Shown: positions 50,103 through 59,559, counted from the stretch's first letter. The stretch is 64,000 nucleotides of DNA from Candidatus Omnitrophota bacterium (GCA_016201795.1 JACQCF010000010.1:15095-79094), one strand, 5' to 3'. Program-made: numbers and translations. The notes: generated from the sequence alone by a model not told the origin.

Positions 50103-51878
50103 ATGAGAATATTTCTGTTAAAAATTTTAGTGGTGGGGGCCATGACAGCCTTTTTTGCCGGCACGGCCTCGTCGGATGAAGGGGATAATGCCCCCAAGGC
50201 CCCGGAGGTGATTGAACTTGTCACCGGGGATGTGCAGACGGTTGAAACTAAAAATTTAAGCAGGGTTTCGGTGGCCAACCCGGACGTTGCGGATATTTCC
50301 GATGCGCAGCCCAATAAAGTACTTGTCGTCGGCAAAAAGGCGGGACAGACGGAGGTGTCTATCTGGGATGACAACGGCAAGAAGAGCGTCATCGTGCGGG
50401 TGGCCGGCGAAAATCTTGACTCCCTTAAAACCCGCCTGGAGGCGATTATCAATAAAACCGGTATCAAAGGAATATCTCTGGATAAAAGTGCGTATGAAGG
50501 CAAAGTCGTTTTATCAGGCTCCGTTTATAAAGAGGACAAGGACGTTCTGGATAAAGTGACGGATCCTTTTAGCGACAGGATCATCAATTTAGTTAAAAAA
50601 GAAGTCAGTGAAGATTTGGTGCAGATTGATATGCAGGTCACCGAATTGAGCACGACATTAACCAAAAGTATTGGTATAGACTGGAACAGAGGGGGCGCCA
50701 GTGGCGCCACGACGGGTGCGACGGGCGTCAGTACTACTAGCGGTACGCCGTTTTTGAATTTGGATTACAAGGAAACATTACCGAGCACTAACGGTAAACC
50801 GGAAGATTTCTTTAAAATAGGTGATTTTAACCGTACCAGTTCGATTTTAGCCACCGTCAATGCCCTGCTGCAAGAAGGCAAAGGCCGTATTCTTTCCAAA
50901 CCGCGTCTGGTGGTTTTAAGCGGCAAGGAAGCCAGCTTCTTAGTCGGCGGTGAAATCCCTGTTGTCACGACAACGACCACTGGCGGCGGTGCCGGAACGA
51001 CAACGTCCAATGTGTCGTTTAAACAATACGGGGTGAATATGACGATCACCCCGACGGTGCGCGATGGCAAAATCGATATTCTGCTCAATGTACAAATCAG
51101 CGACATTGACCGCGCCAACAAGGTAGGCAATGATGTGGCTTTCATCACCCGTTCAGCGCAGACCCAATTATTTTTGGATAACAGTCAGACGATTGTGTTG
51201 GCGGGATTGATTAAACATGCCGACGGGCAAACCATCAAGGGGATTCCTTTTTTAAGTAAAATACCGGTGGTGGGGATGTTCTTTAGGACCCGTCAGAATG
51301 GAGCGCCTGATTCAGATACTGAGCTGGTGATTTCCTTAACACCGACGATCCTTAAATCCAAGAAGATGGCCACCGAGCAGGTGGTTTTGCCCACCAAACG
51401 CATGGATAGTTTCGCCAAGGAAATCGAAAGCAATTTTGAGAAAGAACCGCTTAATCCCCCCCTGGAGAAAAAGCTCCCCATGGCCCCGCCGGCCAAGGGC
51501 GCTTCCCAGCCGATGATGATAAAACCCATCTCCCAGGTGCCGGATATCATCGTGTCCTTGTATGTGCGTTCCATTCAGCTAAGAATTTCTCAGGCCGTTT
51601 CTTATCCGTATGAGGCCCTGCAGAAGAATTGGCAGGGCGCAGTGAAACTGCGGCTGCGTATTCTCAAAGACGGCACCCTGGCAGATGCGGATGTGCTGGA
51701 ATCTTCCGGCCATGATGTATTTGACAAAGACGCTCTTAATACCGCCAAAACCGCGGCTCCGTTCGCGCCGTTTCCCAAAGAGATGAAGGGGGAAGATATC
51801 GTGGTGACGGTCCCCATTGTTTATAACCAGCACACCGCTTCCCAAAATGATACACAAACCGTAGTCGCTGCTTACTAA
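50103..51878 (+). CDS. cpaC: Tad secretin CpaC/RcpA fused to a C-terminal TonB-C-like domain
   Basis: 591 aa with a signal peptide and a secretin core (...LSKPRLVVLSGKEASFLVGGEIPV...GIPFLSKIPVVGMFFR...). A linker is followed by a ~90-aa segment matching the TonB C-terminal domain pattern (YPYEALQKNWQGAVKLRLRILKDGTLADADVLESSGHDVFDKDALNTAKTAAPFAPFPKE). Confidence 0.8.
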   Translation: MRIFLLKILVVGAMTAFFAGTASSDEGDNAPKAPEVIELVTGDVQTVETKNLSRVSVANPDVADISDAQPNKVLVVGKKAGQTEVSIWDDNGKKSVIVRVAGENLDSLKTRLEAIINKTGIKGISLDKSAYEGKVVLSGSVYKEDKDVLDKVTDPFSDRIINLVKKEVSEDLVQIDMQVTELSTTLTKSIGIDWNRGGASGATTGATGVSTTSGTPFLNLDYKETLPSTNGKPEDFFKIGDFNRTSSILATVNALLQEGKGRILSKPRLVVLSGKEASFLVGGEIPVVTTTTTGGGAGTTTSNVSFKQYGVNMTITPTVRDGKIDILLNVQISDIDRANKVGNDVAFITRSAQTQLFLDNSQTIVLAGLIKHADGQTIKGIPFLSKIPVVGMFFRTRQNGAPDSDTELVISLTPTILKSKKMATEQVVLPTKRMDSFAKEIESNFEKEPLNPPLEKKLPMAPPAKGASQPMMIKPISQVPDIIVSLYVRSIQLRISQAVSYPYEALQKNWQGAVKLRLRILKDGTLADADVLESSGHDVFDKDALNTAKTAAPFAPFPKEMKGEDIVVTVPIVYNQHTASQNDTQTVVAAY

Positions 51879-51965
51879 ACACAATCCGAACTACGTTTTT
51901 TAATTGACAAACCACCAATCATGGACTATACTCCATATTAGTTGAACTATTGTGGATGTATAAAC

Positions 51966-53117
51966 ATGAACAAAAATATCCAAAGACTACTAAAGATAAA
52001 ACTCCCCAGGGGCCAATCCGCCTTTCTTTGGGGGCCCCGTAAAACGGGGAAATCCACATTTTTACGTCAACATTTCCCCAAGAGCATTATCTACGATTTT
52101 CTAAACACAGATTTATACGTTGATTTAGTTAAAAAGCCTTCTTTGCTTCGTCAGCATCTCTCAGCCCTCAAGGTCAAGGGGCCTGTTATTCTAGACGAAG
52201 TTCAAAAAATTCCGGCTATTTTGGATGAAGTCCACTGGATGATAGAAAACATGAAGTTATCTTTTATTCTATGCGGATCATCCGCCAGAAAATTAAAACG
52301 CGGTCAGGCCAATTTATTAGGGGGAAGGGCATGGCGGTTTGAAATGTTCCCGTTAGTTTACCCGGAAATAGAGAATTTCAACTTGTTGCACGCATTAAAC
52401 AACGGTTTATTGCCGGCGCATTATTTGCAAAAAGATGCCTCCAAATCCCTCGATGGCTATGTCAAAGATTATTTGAAAGAAGAAGTCTTTGAAGAAGGTC
52501 TCACGCGCAACATCCCGGCTTTTTCAAGATTTTTTGATTCCATGTCTTTCGATCATGGTCAAATGGTCAATTTTACAAACATAGCCAGGGATTGTTCTGT
52601 TGATGTTAAAACAGTCCAGCAATATTACCAGATCTTAGTGGATACGTTTTTGGGTTCATTTGTCGAACCTTATAAAAGAAAACAGGACCGGGCAATTATT
52701 TCACGAACACAAAAGTTTTATCTGTTTGACGTTGGAGTAGCAGGAGCAATAACCCGCAGACATATTGCCCAGGAAGCAGGAGAAGAATTTGGCAAAGCTT
52801 TTGAACATTTTATATTTACTCAGTTGGTAGCCTATAACAGTTATAAGCAGAAAAATATAAGAATCAATTATTGGCGTACTAAATCCGGATTAGAAGTGGA
52901 TTTTATACTAGGTAAGGGCGAGGTCGCTATAGAGGTCAAAGGAGCGAGCAGGGTCGATTTCACGGACATCAAAGGCTTGAGGGCTTTTTATGAAGAGCAT
53001 AGGCCTAAGAAGGCGATCGTTGTTACTAATGAAAGGGTTTCAAGAATTGAAAGGGGGATTCGTTTTTTGCCATGGGGGGAGTTCCTATCTTTGCTCTGGC
53101 GGGGAGATCTTATTTAG
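51966..53117 (+). CDS. AAA ATPase with DUF4143-type C-terminal domain
   Basis: MNKNIQRLL...GPRKTGKSTFLRQ (Walker A), ...ILDEVQ (Walker B). A strong sigma70-like promoter sits upstream: TTGACA (51905-51910), 16 nt, TATACT (51927-51932). The ORF track starts at TTG 51942. Confidence 0.7.
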   Translation: MNKNIQRLLKIKLPRGQSAFLWGPRKTGKSTFLRQHFPKSIIYDFLNTDLYVDLVKKPSLLRQHLSALKVKGPVILDEVQKIPAILDEVHWMIENMKLSFILCGSSARKLKRGQANLLGGRAWRFEMFPLVYPEIENFNLLHALNNGLLPAHYLQKDASKSLDGYVKDYLKEEVFEEGLTRNIPAFSRFFDSMSFDHGQMVNFTNIARDCSVDVKTVQQYYQILVDTFLGSFVEPYKRKQDRAIISRTQKFYLFDVGVAGAITRRHIAQEAGEEFGKAFEHFIFTQLVAYNSYKQKNIRINYWRTKSGLEVDFILGKGEVAIEVKGASRVDFTDIKGLRAFYEEHRPKKAIVVTNERVSRIERGIRFLPWGEFLSLLWRGDLI

Positions 53118-53220
53118 AACAAATTATAAAAGGACTTTAGCCAAGAGCTCATAAATTCAGGTAATGACAAAATAAAAAACCGTGGTACAATATCCCAATT
53201 GACCACGGTTTTTAGTTCCT

Positions 53221-55380
53221 ATGTCCTGCAAAATCATCACAATCTTCAGTAATAAAGGCGGGGTTGGCAAAACCTTCGTCGCTGTTAACACGGCCGCGGC
53301 GCTGGCGCTCAAAGGCAAAAAAGTTTTAGTGGTTGATTTTGACCTTCAGGCCGGCCAGAACATGGCCCGTATGTTCAATCTCACCCCTGCCCATTCTCTG
53401 GTGGACATCCTCTCGGCCATGGAAAGCGACGAGAAAAGCTATATCGTTAAGAAATTCGCCGCGCCTCATTCCAGCGGCCTGGACTTTTTACCGGCGGTCA
53501 ATCACGTCCGCCAGGGCGGCCATATTACTCCCGATAACATACGTCCCTTTTTCAAAAGAGCGGCAGCTCTTTATGATTATATCATCATTGACGCGGACAG
53601 ATCCTTTAGCGAGACGCTCATTAGCGTTTTGGATAACACCAATTTAATTTTATTGGTGACCACTCCCGATATTCTGGCGGTGTATCAGGCCAAAAGCGGC
53701 CTGGAGATTTTACAGAGCCTGCATTTTCCTTTAAAAATGTCCAAATTGATTTTGAACCGGGCCGAAAGCCGCGGCGGGGTGGCCTGGCAGGAAGTGCAGT
53801 CGGTTGTAGCCTGCGATATGTTCGCTCTTGTTCCTTCCGACGGGAAAACCGTTGGCCTGGCCTTAAACCGCGGTATTCCCTGCGTCATTGACAGTCCCCG
53901 GACGCGCGTTTCCGAGGTTTTCTTCGAATTGGCGGACAAACTGCAGGCGGAGGATATCTATGTGCATTCCTCCGACGTGGTTAAAGTGCGTACCGTGGAA
54001 GGCCTGAGCTCCAAAGGCAATGAATTTTGGGAAAAATTCGGCATTGCGCCCGGAGGGTCCTCACCGATGGAGGTGACCTATAAGAAGGAAGAAGACGAGG
54101 TCATTAAATTAAAAAAAGTCATTCACCAGAAGCTGGTGGAGCGCATGAACCTTAAAAAGATCTCCCCACAAGTCTTCACCGATACGCAACAGGCGGCCAA
54201 TATGCGCAAAGCCGCGGAAAAGTTGGTCACGGAACTTTTGGCCGAAACCTCGGGAACCATTATTGCTTCCCACGAGGAACGCTCCCGGCTGGTGCGCGAA
54301 ATTGTCAATGAAGCGCTGGGCTTAGGTCCGCTGGAAGATCTGTTGGTGGATGAGGATATTTCCGATATCATGGTCAACAACAAAGACGAAATTTTCATCG
54401 AGAAAAACGGTAAAATCATTTTGACCAACAAGCGTTTTATTTCCAATGAACAGGTGCGCGCCACCATTGACCGCATCATCGCCCCTTTGGGGCGCCGCGT
54501 GGACGAATCGACCCCGATGGTGGATGCCCGCCTGCCCGACGGCTCGCGTATTAACGCCATTATCCCGCCGCTGGCCTTAAACGGTCCGATGATTACCATC
54601 CGCAAATTCTCTCAGGAGCGTTACACCATGGAGGATTTGCTCACTAAATTCAAAAGTATTTCCCAGCCCATGGCGGACTTTTTAGACGCCTGCGTGATTG
54701 GTCGCAAGAATATGATCATCTCCGGCGGGACCGGCGCAGGCAAGACCACGCTTTTAAATATTGTGTCACATTTTATCCCCGACAATGAACGCATCATCAC
54801 CATTGAGGATGCGGCGGAGCTGCGTTTGAGCAAAGTGCATTGGGCCCGCCTGGAATCGCGCCCGTCTAACGTGGAAGGCAAGGGCCATATTGCCATTCGG
54901 GATCTTTTTATCAACACGCTGCGTATGCGCCCGGATCGTATCATCATCGGCGAGTGCCGCGGCCCGGAAGTTTTGGATATGATGCAGGCGATGAACACCG
55001 GCCACGACGGCTCGCTGACCACCTTGCACGCCAACACCACCCGGGACGTCCTGGCGCGTTTATCGTCGATGGTTTTGCTCTCCGGCATTGAGCTTCCCAT
55101 CCGTGCTATTTATGAAATGGTGGCCTCCTCCATCAATATCATCGTGCAAATTTCCAGGTTTTCCGACGGTTCGCGCAAAATTACGGCCATTTCCGAGCTC
55201 ACCGGCAAAATGGTCGAGGGCCTGCCAGAGATGAAAGATGTTTTTGTCTTCAAGCACAGGGGCATCAATACCGAGGGGGTTGTTTTAGGAGAGTACGTGG
55301 CCACTGGCTTTGTGCCCAAATGCTACGACGATTTTATGACGCGGGGAATTCCGCTCAGCAAAACGATTTTTAATCCGTGA
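53221..55380 (+). CDS. TadZ/CpaE-like MinD-family ATPase fused to TadA/CpaF secretion ATPase
   Basis: 719 aa. The N-terminal ~270 aa is a ParA/MinD-type P-loop (SNKGGVGKTFVAVNTAAALA). The C-terminal ~400 aa is a CpaF/TadA type II/IV secretion NTPase (GGTGAGKTTLLN Walker A, IIIGECRGPE, GHDGSLTTLHAN). Confidence 0.8.
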   Translation: MSCKIITIFSNKGGVGKTFVAVNTAAALALKGKKVLVVDFDLQAGQNMARMFNLTPAHSLVDILSAMESDEKSYIVKKFAAPHSSGLDFLPAVNHVRQGGHITPDNIRPFFKRAAALYDYIIIDADRSFSETLISVLDNTNLILLVTTPDILAVYQAKSGLEILQSLHFPLKMSKLILNRAESRGGVAWQEVQSVVACDMFALVPSDGKTVGLALNRGIPCVIDSPRTRVSEVFFELADKLQAEDIYVHSSDVVKVRTVEGLSSKGNEFWEKFGIAPGGSSPMEVTYKKEEDEVIKLKKVIHQKLVERMNLKKISPQVFTDTQQAANMRKAAEKLVTELLAETSGTIIASHEERSRLVREIVNEALGLGPLEDLLVDEDISDIMVNNKDEIFIEKNGKIILTNKRFISNEQVRATIDRIIAPLGRRVDESTPMVDARLPDGSRINAIIPPLALNGPMITIRKFSQERYTMEDLLTKFKSISQPMADFLDACVIGRKNMIISGGTGAGKTTLLNIVSHFIPDNERIITIEDAAELRLSKVHWARLESRPSNVEGKGHIAIRDLFINTLRMRPDRIIIGECRGPEVLDMMQAMNTGHDGSLTTLHANTTRDVLARLSSMVLLSGIELPIRAIYEMVASSINIIVQISRFSDGSRKITAISELTGKMVEGLPEMKDVFVFKHRGINTEGVVLGEYVATGFVPKCYDDFMTRGIPLSKTIFNP

Positions 55381-55715
55381 TCAAAAATCTTACCCGACAG
55401 ACCATTCTGGCGACCTGCGTCGAAATCGCTCATACGCCTTTGAAACGGATGCGGGGTCTGGTCGGCCGTTTGTTCCTCAAACCAACCGAGGCTTTGGTCA
55501 TTGCCCCTTGCCAGAGCATTCATATGCTGTTTATGAAATTTCCCATCGACGTCATTTTTCTCGACGATAAAAATAAAGTCATAGGCCAAAGGGCGCGCAT
55601 CAAGCCTTTTCAATTCTCGGCGATTTTTTGGAAATCTGCTTGCGCCATCGAATTGCCGGCTGGTACAATTGAGCTAACCCATACACAACTTGGCGATCAA
55701 ATACAAATTTCTTAA
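55377..55715 (+). CDS. DUF192 domain protein
   Basis: 112 aa ...MRGLVGR...LVIAPCQSIHMLFMKFPIDVIFLD... has a DUF192/COG1430-like pattern. Confidence 0.55.
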   Translation: MIKNLTRQTILATCVEIAHTPLKRMRGLVGRLFLKPTEALVIAPCQSIHMLFMKFPIDVIFLDDKNKVIGQRARIKPFQFSAIFWKSACAIELPAGTIELTHTQLGDQIQIS

Positions 55716-55768
55716 TGCTAGATTATTGCTGCCTGAAAAATGCTATAATTGGAATGGAGGTGAATCCT

Positions 55769-55972
55769 ATGAAAACACAAGCTCATGAACCAATCACCAT
55801 TGATGAACCCATGGTTTTGGTTCCAGCCGAAGAGTATGATTTATTGATTAAAGAGGCCGGTTATAGACCGACCCCCCATCTCAGTCGGCAAATCAAGAAA
55901 GCTAAAGAGAATTTCCGTAAGGGAAAGTCTTTACCGTGGAGAAAAGTAAGGGATGAGCTCTTATCACGTTGA
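55769..55972 (+). CDS. Type II antitoxin (Phd/RelB-like)
   Basis: 67 aa MKTQAHEPITIDEPMVLVPAEEYDLLIKEAGY..., preceded by TATAAT (55744-55749) and GGAGG. Overlaps the downstream toxin gene. Confidence 0.6.
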   Translation: MKTQAHEPITIDEPMVLVPAEEYDLLIKEAGYRPTPHLSRQIKKAKENFRKGKSLPWRKVRDELLSR

Positions 55973-56216
55973 TATTGACCCTGCCGCTCGTCGTGACCTT
56001 AAGAAATTCAAACGCAATTTTTCTTTATTGCGAATCTTTATTTCCTTGATTGATGGTCTTGCAACATCTCCTTTTGAAGGCAAGCCATTGGCAGGCGATA
56101 AGAAGGGATGCTATTCCCTGCGGCATCAGGATTATCGGATTATTTACACCATTTATCCCGAGTCTAAAACAGTGCTTGTTATCAGTATTGGTCATCGTTG
56201 GGAAGTTTATCGTTAA
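55953..56216 (+). CDS. Type II toxin RelE/ParE family
   Basis: 87 aa ...YSLRHQDYRIIYTIYPESKTVLVISIGHR. Confidence 0.75.
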   Translation: MSSYHVDIDPAARRDLKKFKRNFSLLRIFISLIDGLATSPFEGKPLAGDKKGCYSLRHQDYRIIYTIYPESKTVLVISIGHRWEVYR

Positions 56217-56224
56217 GGTATGCC

Positions 56225-57700
56225 ATGGGAGTCGTCTACAAACTAACTCCGGAGATCAGCTCCTTTATCATCGAGCAAAAAAAGAGCAACCCGCAATTGA
56301 CCTGTCAACACTTAGCGGGGCTGGTGCTGTCGCGTTTTGGCCAGCCGCTTTCCAAATCCTCGGTGCATGAGCTTTTAAAACAGTCGCATACCATCACCCC
56401 CCGCCTGCACAAGCTTAAGAATAAATTTCAAATTCCGCCGCAGAAAAAGGCGCAGATTTTTCCGACAATCCTGGCGATGCCTGCCTCGCCGGCAGGCGGG
56501 CCTGCGCCAGATCCCCCACCGGCTCCCACCATTGAGCCTGTAGCCATGCAACAAGTTCCTCTGCAGAAACCGCCTCAACCGCTCACGCAGGGCCAAGTCC
56601 AACAACGCATGGGCGAGATTTTCCTCAAGGCCGCCTTCTGGGATCTGTCCTTTAAGCCCATTTTGGGCTTAAAGGATTTTGATGATATTAATGGTTCGAC
56701 GGGCTCACCATTAGATAAAAATAGTTTAAGATTAGAATGGGAATCCTTAACCAAGCCAGTTGAGGCGATCAAAGTAGAGTTAGAAGACAGCCATTGTTTT
56801 TACATCGACTGCCGCTTTCAAGGTTTATACGCGGATAATCCTCAAAAGGAATTTTTGGCCGCGCCTCTTGAGCGTTCTGCCGGGGAAATGCCGGATTACG
56901 TGCTTAATAATATTCAACCTTTGATCATTAGGGAATTTAATACAACTGATTCAATTACAACAGTTTATGATCTCATAGCGGCTTTTGAGAACTTACCGGG
57001 TAAGGCTATTACTAAAATTTCCCTTATAGGAGCTCAAAATCAAATTTTAACTGAATTTAGCTTGCCTCGCCGGCAGGCGGGCCTGCCTGTCGGTTTGCCT
57101 TTGGCTTATAAACGTCATTTTATCTTGGGAATATCTTCTAACTGTGAGGAATTTCAATGGGTTATGAAAGACCAAAAGCCGGAAAATCCCTGGCTAACGC
57201 CCCTCAAAGACAAAAAAGGTCAACCAATTGCCCTAAGAATCCTTAAAAAAGGTGGTAATATTATCATAACTAATTTATTATCATATAGTTATGATAATAT
57301 TATAAAGCTCTATCTGAACCGGCATCCTCAAAGCTTGTCATTCCCGAATGTTTCTATCGGGAATCTAGTAGTTGCCAATACTGGATCCCCGACTAAAACT
57401 TTCGGGGATGACACACTGACTAACCAATCCCAATGGCTCAAAAACCGTCTCAAGGAGCGCGCTCTGATGCTTTTCCCGTTGGATTTACCCCCGGCGGCCT
57501 TAGAGGAGATTTTAGCCCTGCCAGGCTTTGAGGCGTCTCATGAAAAAATGCTTCAGGTACACTTGAATGTGCCGGATCAGTTTCCCTATATTCAAAGTGT
57601 GCAGGCCGCCGCCGCATGCGTGAATAGTTTAGATATTACAGACCCCAAGGGCCGGAAAATCGATGTTCAAGTGGATGTTACGCATGTAGAGAGATTTTGA
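56225..57700 (+). CDS. Hypothetical protein with N-terminal HTH-like region, Pro-rich linker and internal 28-bp direct repeat
   Basis: ~490 aa with no TM. N-terminus ...ISSFIIEQKKSNPQLTCQHLAGLVLSRFGQPLSKSSVHELLKQ, then a P/A/Q-rich linker. The DNA repeat gcCTGCCTCGCCGGCAGGCGGGCCTGC occurs at 56476-56503 and 57061-57088. Confidence 0.5.
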   Translation: MGVVYKLTPEISSFIIEQKKSNPQLTCQHLAGLVLSRFGQPLSKSSVHELLKQSHTITPRLHKLKNKFQIPPQKKAQIFPTILAMPASPAGGPAPDPPPAPTIEPVAMQQVPLQKPPQPLTQGQVQQRMGEIFLKAAFWDLSFKPILGLKDFDDINGSTGSPLDKNSLRLEWESLTKPVEAIKVELEDSHCFYIDCRFQGLYADNPQKEFLAAPLERSAGEMPDYVLNNIQPLIIREFNTTDSITTVYDLIAAFENLPGKAITKISLIGAQNQILTEFSLPRRQAGLPVGLPLAYKRHFILGISSNCEEFQWVMKDQKPENPWLTPLKDKKGQPIALRILKKGGNIIITNLLSYSYDNIIKLYLNRHPQSLSFPNVSIGNLVVANTGSPTKTFGDDTLTNQSQWLKNRLKERALMLFPLDLPPAALEEILALPGFEASHEKMLQVHLNVPDQFPYIQSVQAAAACVNSLDITDPKGRKIDVQVDVTHVERF

Positions 57701-57706
57701 TACGAT

Positions 57707-57804
57707 TTCCCCTCCCCTGGTGGGAGGGGTAAGGGGAGGGGGATCGACGGAGATCATCGTTTTTATGCCCCCGCCCTAACCCTCCCCACAAAGGGGGAGG
57801 GAAT
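57707..57804 (+). repeat. MITE-like G-rich palindromic element, copy B
   Basis: TTTCCCCTCCCCTGGTGGGAGGGGTAAGGGGAGGGGGA...GCCCCCGCCCTAACCCTCCCCACAAAGGGGGAGGGAAT, lying 160 bp upstream of the first flp gene. Confidence 0.7.
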
Positions 57805-57964
57805 CCAAATTTTTATACAGGCGAGGTTGACATCGGGTATTTTATATGGCATACTTTATTTACGATAATGAGATGGATGTCAAAGACGTATTTAAAGTCT
57901 CCGAAAGAGACTTTTATTATAGACGGGCATAATCGTCTTCACGAAACAACCATAGGTGAACCCA

Positions 57965-58120
57965 ATGGGTCGCTTCAAAAATGTAAAAGCTCAAAACTTA
58001 ATCGAATACGCGATCGTGTTGGGTTTAGTCTCGGCAGCCATCGCTGCCATGAGCACCTATGTGTTTCGTTCAATACAGGCCGCCCAGAAGACGGTTGATC
58101 AGGAATTCGGCGCACAATAA
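57965..58120 (+). CDS. flp: Flp-family type IVb pilin (canonical short form, 51 aa)
   Basis: Absent from the ORF track because it is under 60 aa. MGRFKNVKAQNLIEYAIVLGLVSAAIAAMSTYVFRSIQAAQKTVDQEFGAQ has the Flp processing motif (xxxxEY) followed by a hydrophobic helix. Confidence 0.7.
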   Translation: MGRFKNVKAQNLIEYAIVLGLVSAAIAAMSTYVFRSIQAAQKTVDQEFGAQ

Positions 58121-58146
58121 CGTTCTTACAACAGGAGACATAATCT

Positions 58147-58428
58147 ATGTTTAGAAATATAAATGGTTCGAAGGGCTCGCCACGAGATAAACTCGGGCAG
58201 AGCACCGTAGAGTACATCATTCTGGTAACCGCTGTGATTGCGGTGGTGATTCTGTTTGTCGCCAATCCAGGTACCGGATTTCAAAAGAAGGTTAACAGCA
58301 CGTTGGAGACAGCAACTCAAGGGATGGAGGATAAAGGGGCTTTTTTGAGTACTTCGCATAATACAGCCCCTGGGAATTCCGACTTGCCGCAGATAAACGT
58401 TGACATAACGAGCAATCTGCTACCTTAG
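58147..58428 (+). CDS. Flp-type pilin paralogue with C-terminal extension
   Basis: 93 aa; leader ...KLG/QSTVEYIILVTAVIAVVILFV. Confidence 0.7.
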   Translation: MFRNINGSKGSPRDKLGQSTVEYIILVTAVIAVVILFVANPGTGFQKKVNSTLETATQGMEDKGAFLSTSHNTAPGNSDLPQINVDITSNLLP

Positions 58429-58479
58429 TTACTTTAAGAAAAGTTCCTTAATAACCTTAAGGAAAATTTAGGAGGATAT

Positions 58480-58842
58480 ATGTTAAGACAGTTATTCAAA
58501 AATAAAAACGGACAGAACACCGCCGAATACGCGTTGTTGATTGCCCTGGTTGTTGCAGGCATTGTGGCCATGCAAACCTATGCCCAGCGGTCCTTACAGG
58601 CGCGGGTGCGCGATGCTTCGCAGTATTTGACAACCACGACCAACACCATAGGTAATTCGGTGCAGTATGAGCCTTATTATTTGCAAACCAATTACGAGGT
58701 CACACGTGACAGCGGCAGTAATCAAAGGTTGAGCAAAGGCACCACAGCCGCGGATTCTTTCACCAATCGCGAACGTGCGAAAGGCGGCTCTCAAGTGTCG
58801 ACGTATAATACGTCTGTAAATGGTTTGACTAATGGACTTTAA
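58480..58842 (+). CDS. Flp-type pilin paralogue, extended (QYEPYY subgroup)
   Basis: 120 aa; MLRQLFKNKNG/QNTAEYALLIALVVAGIVA..., with the QYEPYY motif shared with the 59560 paralogue. Confidence 0.7.
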   Translation: MLRQLFKNKNGQNTAEYALLIALVVAGIVAMQTYAQRSLQARVRDASQYLTTTTNTIGNSVQYEPYYLQTNYEVTRDSGSNQRLSKGTTAADSFTNRERAKGGSQVSTYNTSVNGLTNGL

Positions 58843-58898
58843 GCTAAACACAACCCTGTGCCCTGGAGGGTACAGGATGATCATTTAAGGAGGAAGGT

Positions 58899-59231
58899 AT
58901 GATTGCTTATCTTAATCGTCACAGAGGACAAAGCACGCTCGAATATGCGGTGCTGATTATCATCATCATCGCGGCTTTGCTCTCCATTCAGATTTATATC
59001 AAACGCGGCGTGCAGGGCCGTTTAAAGAGCTCCGCCGATGATATCGGTGATCAGTTCTCGCCGGGCAATACCAATGTTCTTAAGGCGGAGAAGACCAAAA
59101 CTGTAGAAAGCCAACAGTTTGGTATCACCGGTCAAGGCGTGCAAAACAGCACCTTGCTTAATAAGGAAACAACTAACTCGGCCACACAATCGGTTGTTGT
59201 CAACAATGATCAGGAATACTGGGGACAATAA
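58899..59231 (+). CDS. Flp-type pilin paralogue, extended (IKRGxQGR subgroup)
   Basis: 110 aa; ...HRG/QSTLEYAVLIIIIIAALLSIQIYIKRGVQGRLKSSADDIGDQF. Confidence 0.7.
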   Translation: MIAYLNRHRGQSTLEYAVLIIIIIAALLSIQIYIKRGVQGRLKSSADDIGDQFSPGNTNVLKAEKTKTVESQQFGITGQGVQNSTLLNKETTNSATQSVVVNNDQEYWGQ

Positions 59232-59240
59232 CCAGTTCTT

Positions 59241-59342
59241 AGTAAATAGTAAATAGTAGATAGTAGATAGTTAATGGTGAGTGATTTTGGGACATGGTTC
59301 CTGAGGTCCTCACCATTTACTATTTACTATTCACCATTAACG
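59241..59342. repeat. Large palindromic element with tandem TAAATAG/TAGATAG heptads between pilin genes
   Basis: aGTAAATAGTAAATAGTAGATAGTAGATAGTTAATGGTGAGtgattttgggacatggttcctgaggtcCTCACCATTTACTATTTACTATTCACCATTAAC forms a ~40-bp imperfect stem. Confidence 0.65.
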
Positions 59343-59346
59343 GACC

Positions 59347-59547
59347 ATGAGGATTAGTATGAGTAAGAAAGGCCAGAGCACCATAGAGTACATTTTGTTG
59401 GTGACCGCGGTGGTGGCAGTGGTGATTTTTTTGACAACCGGACAGAATTCCATGTTTCAGCAAAGACTGGCCAATACCATTAATATCACCACCAACGGCA
59501 TGGAAACCATGGCCAATCGTCTCACCAATTCGGCGGTCGTGCCGTAA
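59347..59547 (+). CDS. Flp-type pilin paralogue
   Basis: 66 aa MRISMSKKG/QSTIEYILLVTAVVAVVIFL. Confidence 0.7.
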   Translation: MRISMSKKGQSTIEYILLVTAVVAVVIFLTTGQNSMFQQRLANTINITTNGMETMANRLTNSAVVP

Positions 59548-59559
59548 GGATGAAGGACT

